Both the position numbers and the translations under genes were made by a program. From Octopus sinensis (Eukaryota), in the NCBI RefSeq assembly GCF_006345805.1, contig NC_043002.1:67952001-68016000 (forward strand): a DNA stretch of 64,000 nt, written 5' to 3'. The notes beneath the pieces are model-generated. The model had not been told where the DNA came from. It did not search any database and worked only from the letters and a program-made list of their open reading frames with translations. Every line of letters starts with the position of its first letter. Position 1 is the first letter of the stretch. This document shows positions 63,899 through 64,000 of this stretch, one piece after another.

Positions 63899-64000
63899 CA
63901 GCTATTTTGTCATAGACCTCAGAACTTGTCTCTTCCAGTGTATTCAAATAGTTGTTTTTATTTTTCATCCAAAGACCAACACAGAACACACTACGTGCAG
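63899..64000 (-). CDS. Candidate exon of an unidentified gene 2 (probably continues beyond the window)
   Basis: Open frame ARSVFCVGLWMKNKNNYLNTLEETSSEVYDKIA in unique sequence, ending at donor G|GTATGT (phase 1). Confidence 0.5.

Overview
Eukaryotic genomic DNA, most likely an octopus (inferred from the AT-richness, dense (TA)n/(CA)n/(GAT)n microsatellites and recalled octopus-type tRNA-derived SINE families). No rRNA, true tRNA or CRISPR was found. The one gene I can name is a minus-strand SLC46-family (PCFT/SLC46A3-like) MFS transporter: four phase-consistent coding exons at 18247-17440, 15239-14997, 5224-5141 and 1731-1575, plus a probable last exon at 700-640, about 450 aa in total. A second, unidentified minus-strand gene is suggested by a phase-consistent exon chain from the right edge (63899-64000) down to about 46-48 kb. 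The rest is repeats: SINEs, RTE and CR1 LINE fragments, Penelope-like GIY-YIG remnants, mariner, Helitron and Merlin relics, and hAT, piggyBac and fold-back MITEs. The most interesting signals are (i) a ~480-bp unit arrayed head-to-tail and then inverted (9552-10685), carrying a fully pairable variant type I hammerhead ribozyme next to a Penelope endonuclease remnant; (ii) a second dispersed minimal-hammerhead repeat (21.5 kb, 63.7 kb); and (iii) a twice-occurring element with promoter-like motifs and a structured core (43.0 kb, 55.3 kb), which is either an ncRNA gene or a MITE. All calls were made by eye. Repeat boundaries are approximate and there is a 100-N gap at 8488-8587.
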